From the NCBI GenBank assembly GCA_012026655.1, contig JAAILG010001683.1, positions 1-63,085 on the forward strand: DNA of 63,085 nt, written 5' to 3'. The translations under genes were made by a program, and so were the position numbers. Below the pieces are notes generated by a model, which saw only the letters and a list, made by a program, of their open reading frames with translations, had not been told where the DNA came from and made no database searches. Positions 62,388 through 63,085 of the stretch are shown here, in pieces. This DNA comes from Hydrolagus affinis (Eukaryota). Each line of letters opens with the position of its first letter. Position 1 is the first letter of the stretch.

Positions 62388-62930
62388 CTAGTAAAAACAG
62401 TGAAGGGTTTTAGAATTTACAAACAAGCGCAAGTGTTTGAATAAATATTGGCGCTTTATAATCTTCAGGACTAGTCAGTGGGGAGGGCTACGTGTATGTT
62501 TTTTTTTAGGGACCAGAGCAACAAAGAAATGACCAGAAAAATGTGCTCTGCAAATTATGGATCAGTCTTGTATATGAAAATCTAATTTGGGAACCTTTAT
62601 CAAGGTTTTTTTTTAAAAAAACTTTTACTGAACAGACTGTGGGCTAACTATCCAATGCTAACAGTTGCTATGCTATCCCCAAACAAACAATGGAATATTT
62701 GAACATTTTTCTGATAATAGTTCTGTGATAGAGTTTGACTCCTATTGTTTAAGCAAATTCAAGAGTGAATTCGATAGCTATTTTGCCCAGATATTGATTT
62801 GAGGAATATTGCATATTCAATCTATATTTTACTGTGGTCTGATTTTTTTTAAAATGCTGTTGCTGTGAATGTGAGGAAAGTAGGGTAATGTGGCTACTCT
62901 GGAAGGATGAGTTAAGGATGTTTGTACGCG

Positions 62931-63027
62931 ACTGGCTGAAATACAGTCAATTCACTCGACAGTGTGTGCTTTGAGACGTTTTGGAATTGGTGATGAGTGG
63001 CCGTATCGAATGAATGCCAGGATTATT
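62931..63027 (+). mobile_element. SINE family A, degenerate 3' fragment
   Basis: atacagtcaattcact...ctttgagacgt...ggattatt. Confidence 0.6.
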
Positions 63028-63085
63028 GCTACAGATAAGCTAGGCCCTGCCATAAGTAAGATGCAAACAGGGAGGGTTGGTTGGG

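Overview
Vertebrate genomic DNA (AT-rich, intron-rich). The SINE/CR1 repertoire resembles that of cartilaginous fish, possibly a chimaera; this is an inference. The one firmly supported gene is a complete minus-strand gamma-butyrobetaine dioxygenase (BBOX1, last step of carnitine synthesis) with 7 coding exons between 62255 and 23408: 375+115+199+106+197+167+164 = 1323 nt, 440 aa, all GT-AG introns with consistent phases. Three of these exons are absent from the ORF track. The protein keeps the Zn-finger and HxD...H iron ligands, but has a ~51-aa N-terminal extension resembling a mitochondrial presequence and substitutions at two ligand-contact positions. The rest is mostly repeats: two SINE families with related 3' stem-loops, CR1 LINE remnants, older Deu-/LF-SINE-like relics, and a Tc1/mariner(pogo)-type MITE with perfect 21-bp TIRs. 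The last BBOX1 splice acceptor is built from a SINE tail that has an inverted partner in the 3' UTR. Weaker signals suggest the last two exons of an unidentified plus-strand gene (483-1168) and a possible decayed or non-coding minus-strand unit (~7.1-10.9 kb). I found no CRISPR arrays, rRNA or genuine tRNA genes, and no clearly new multi-gene system.
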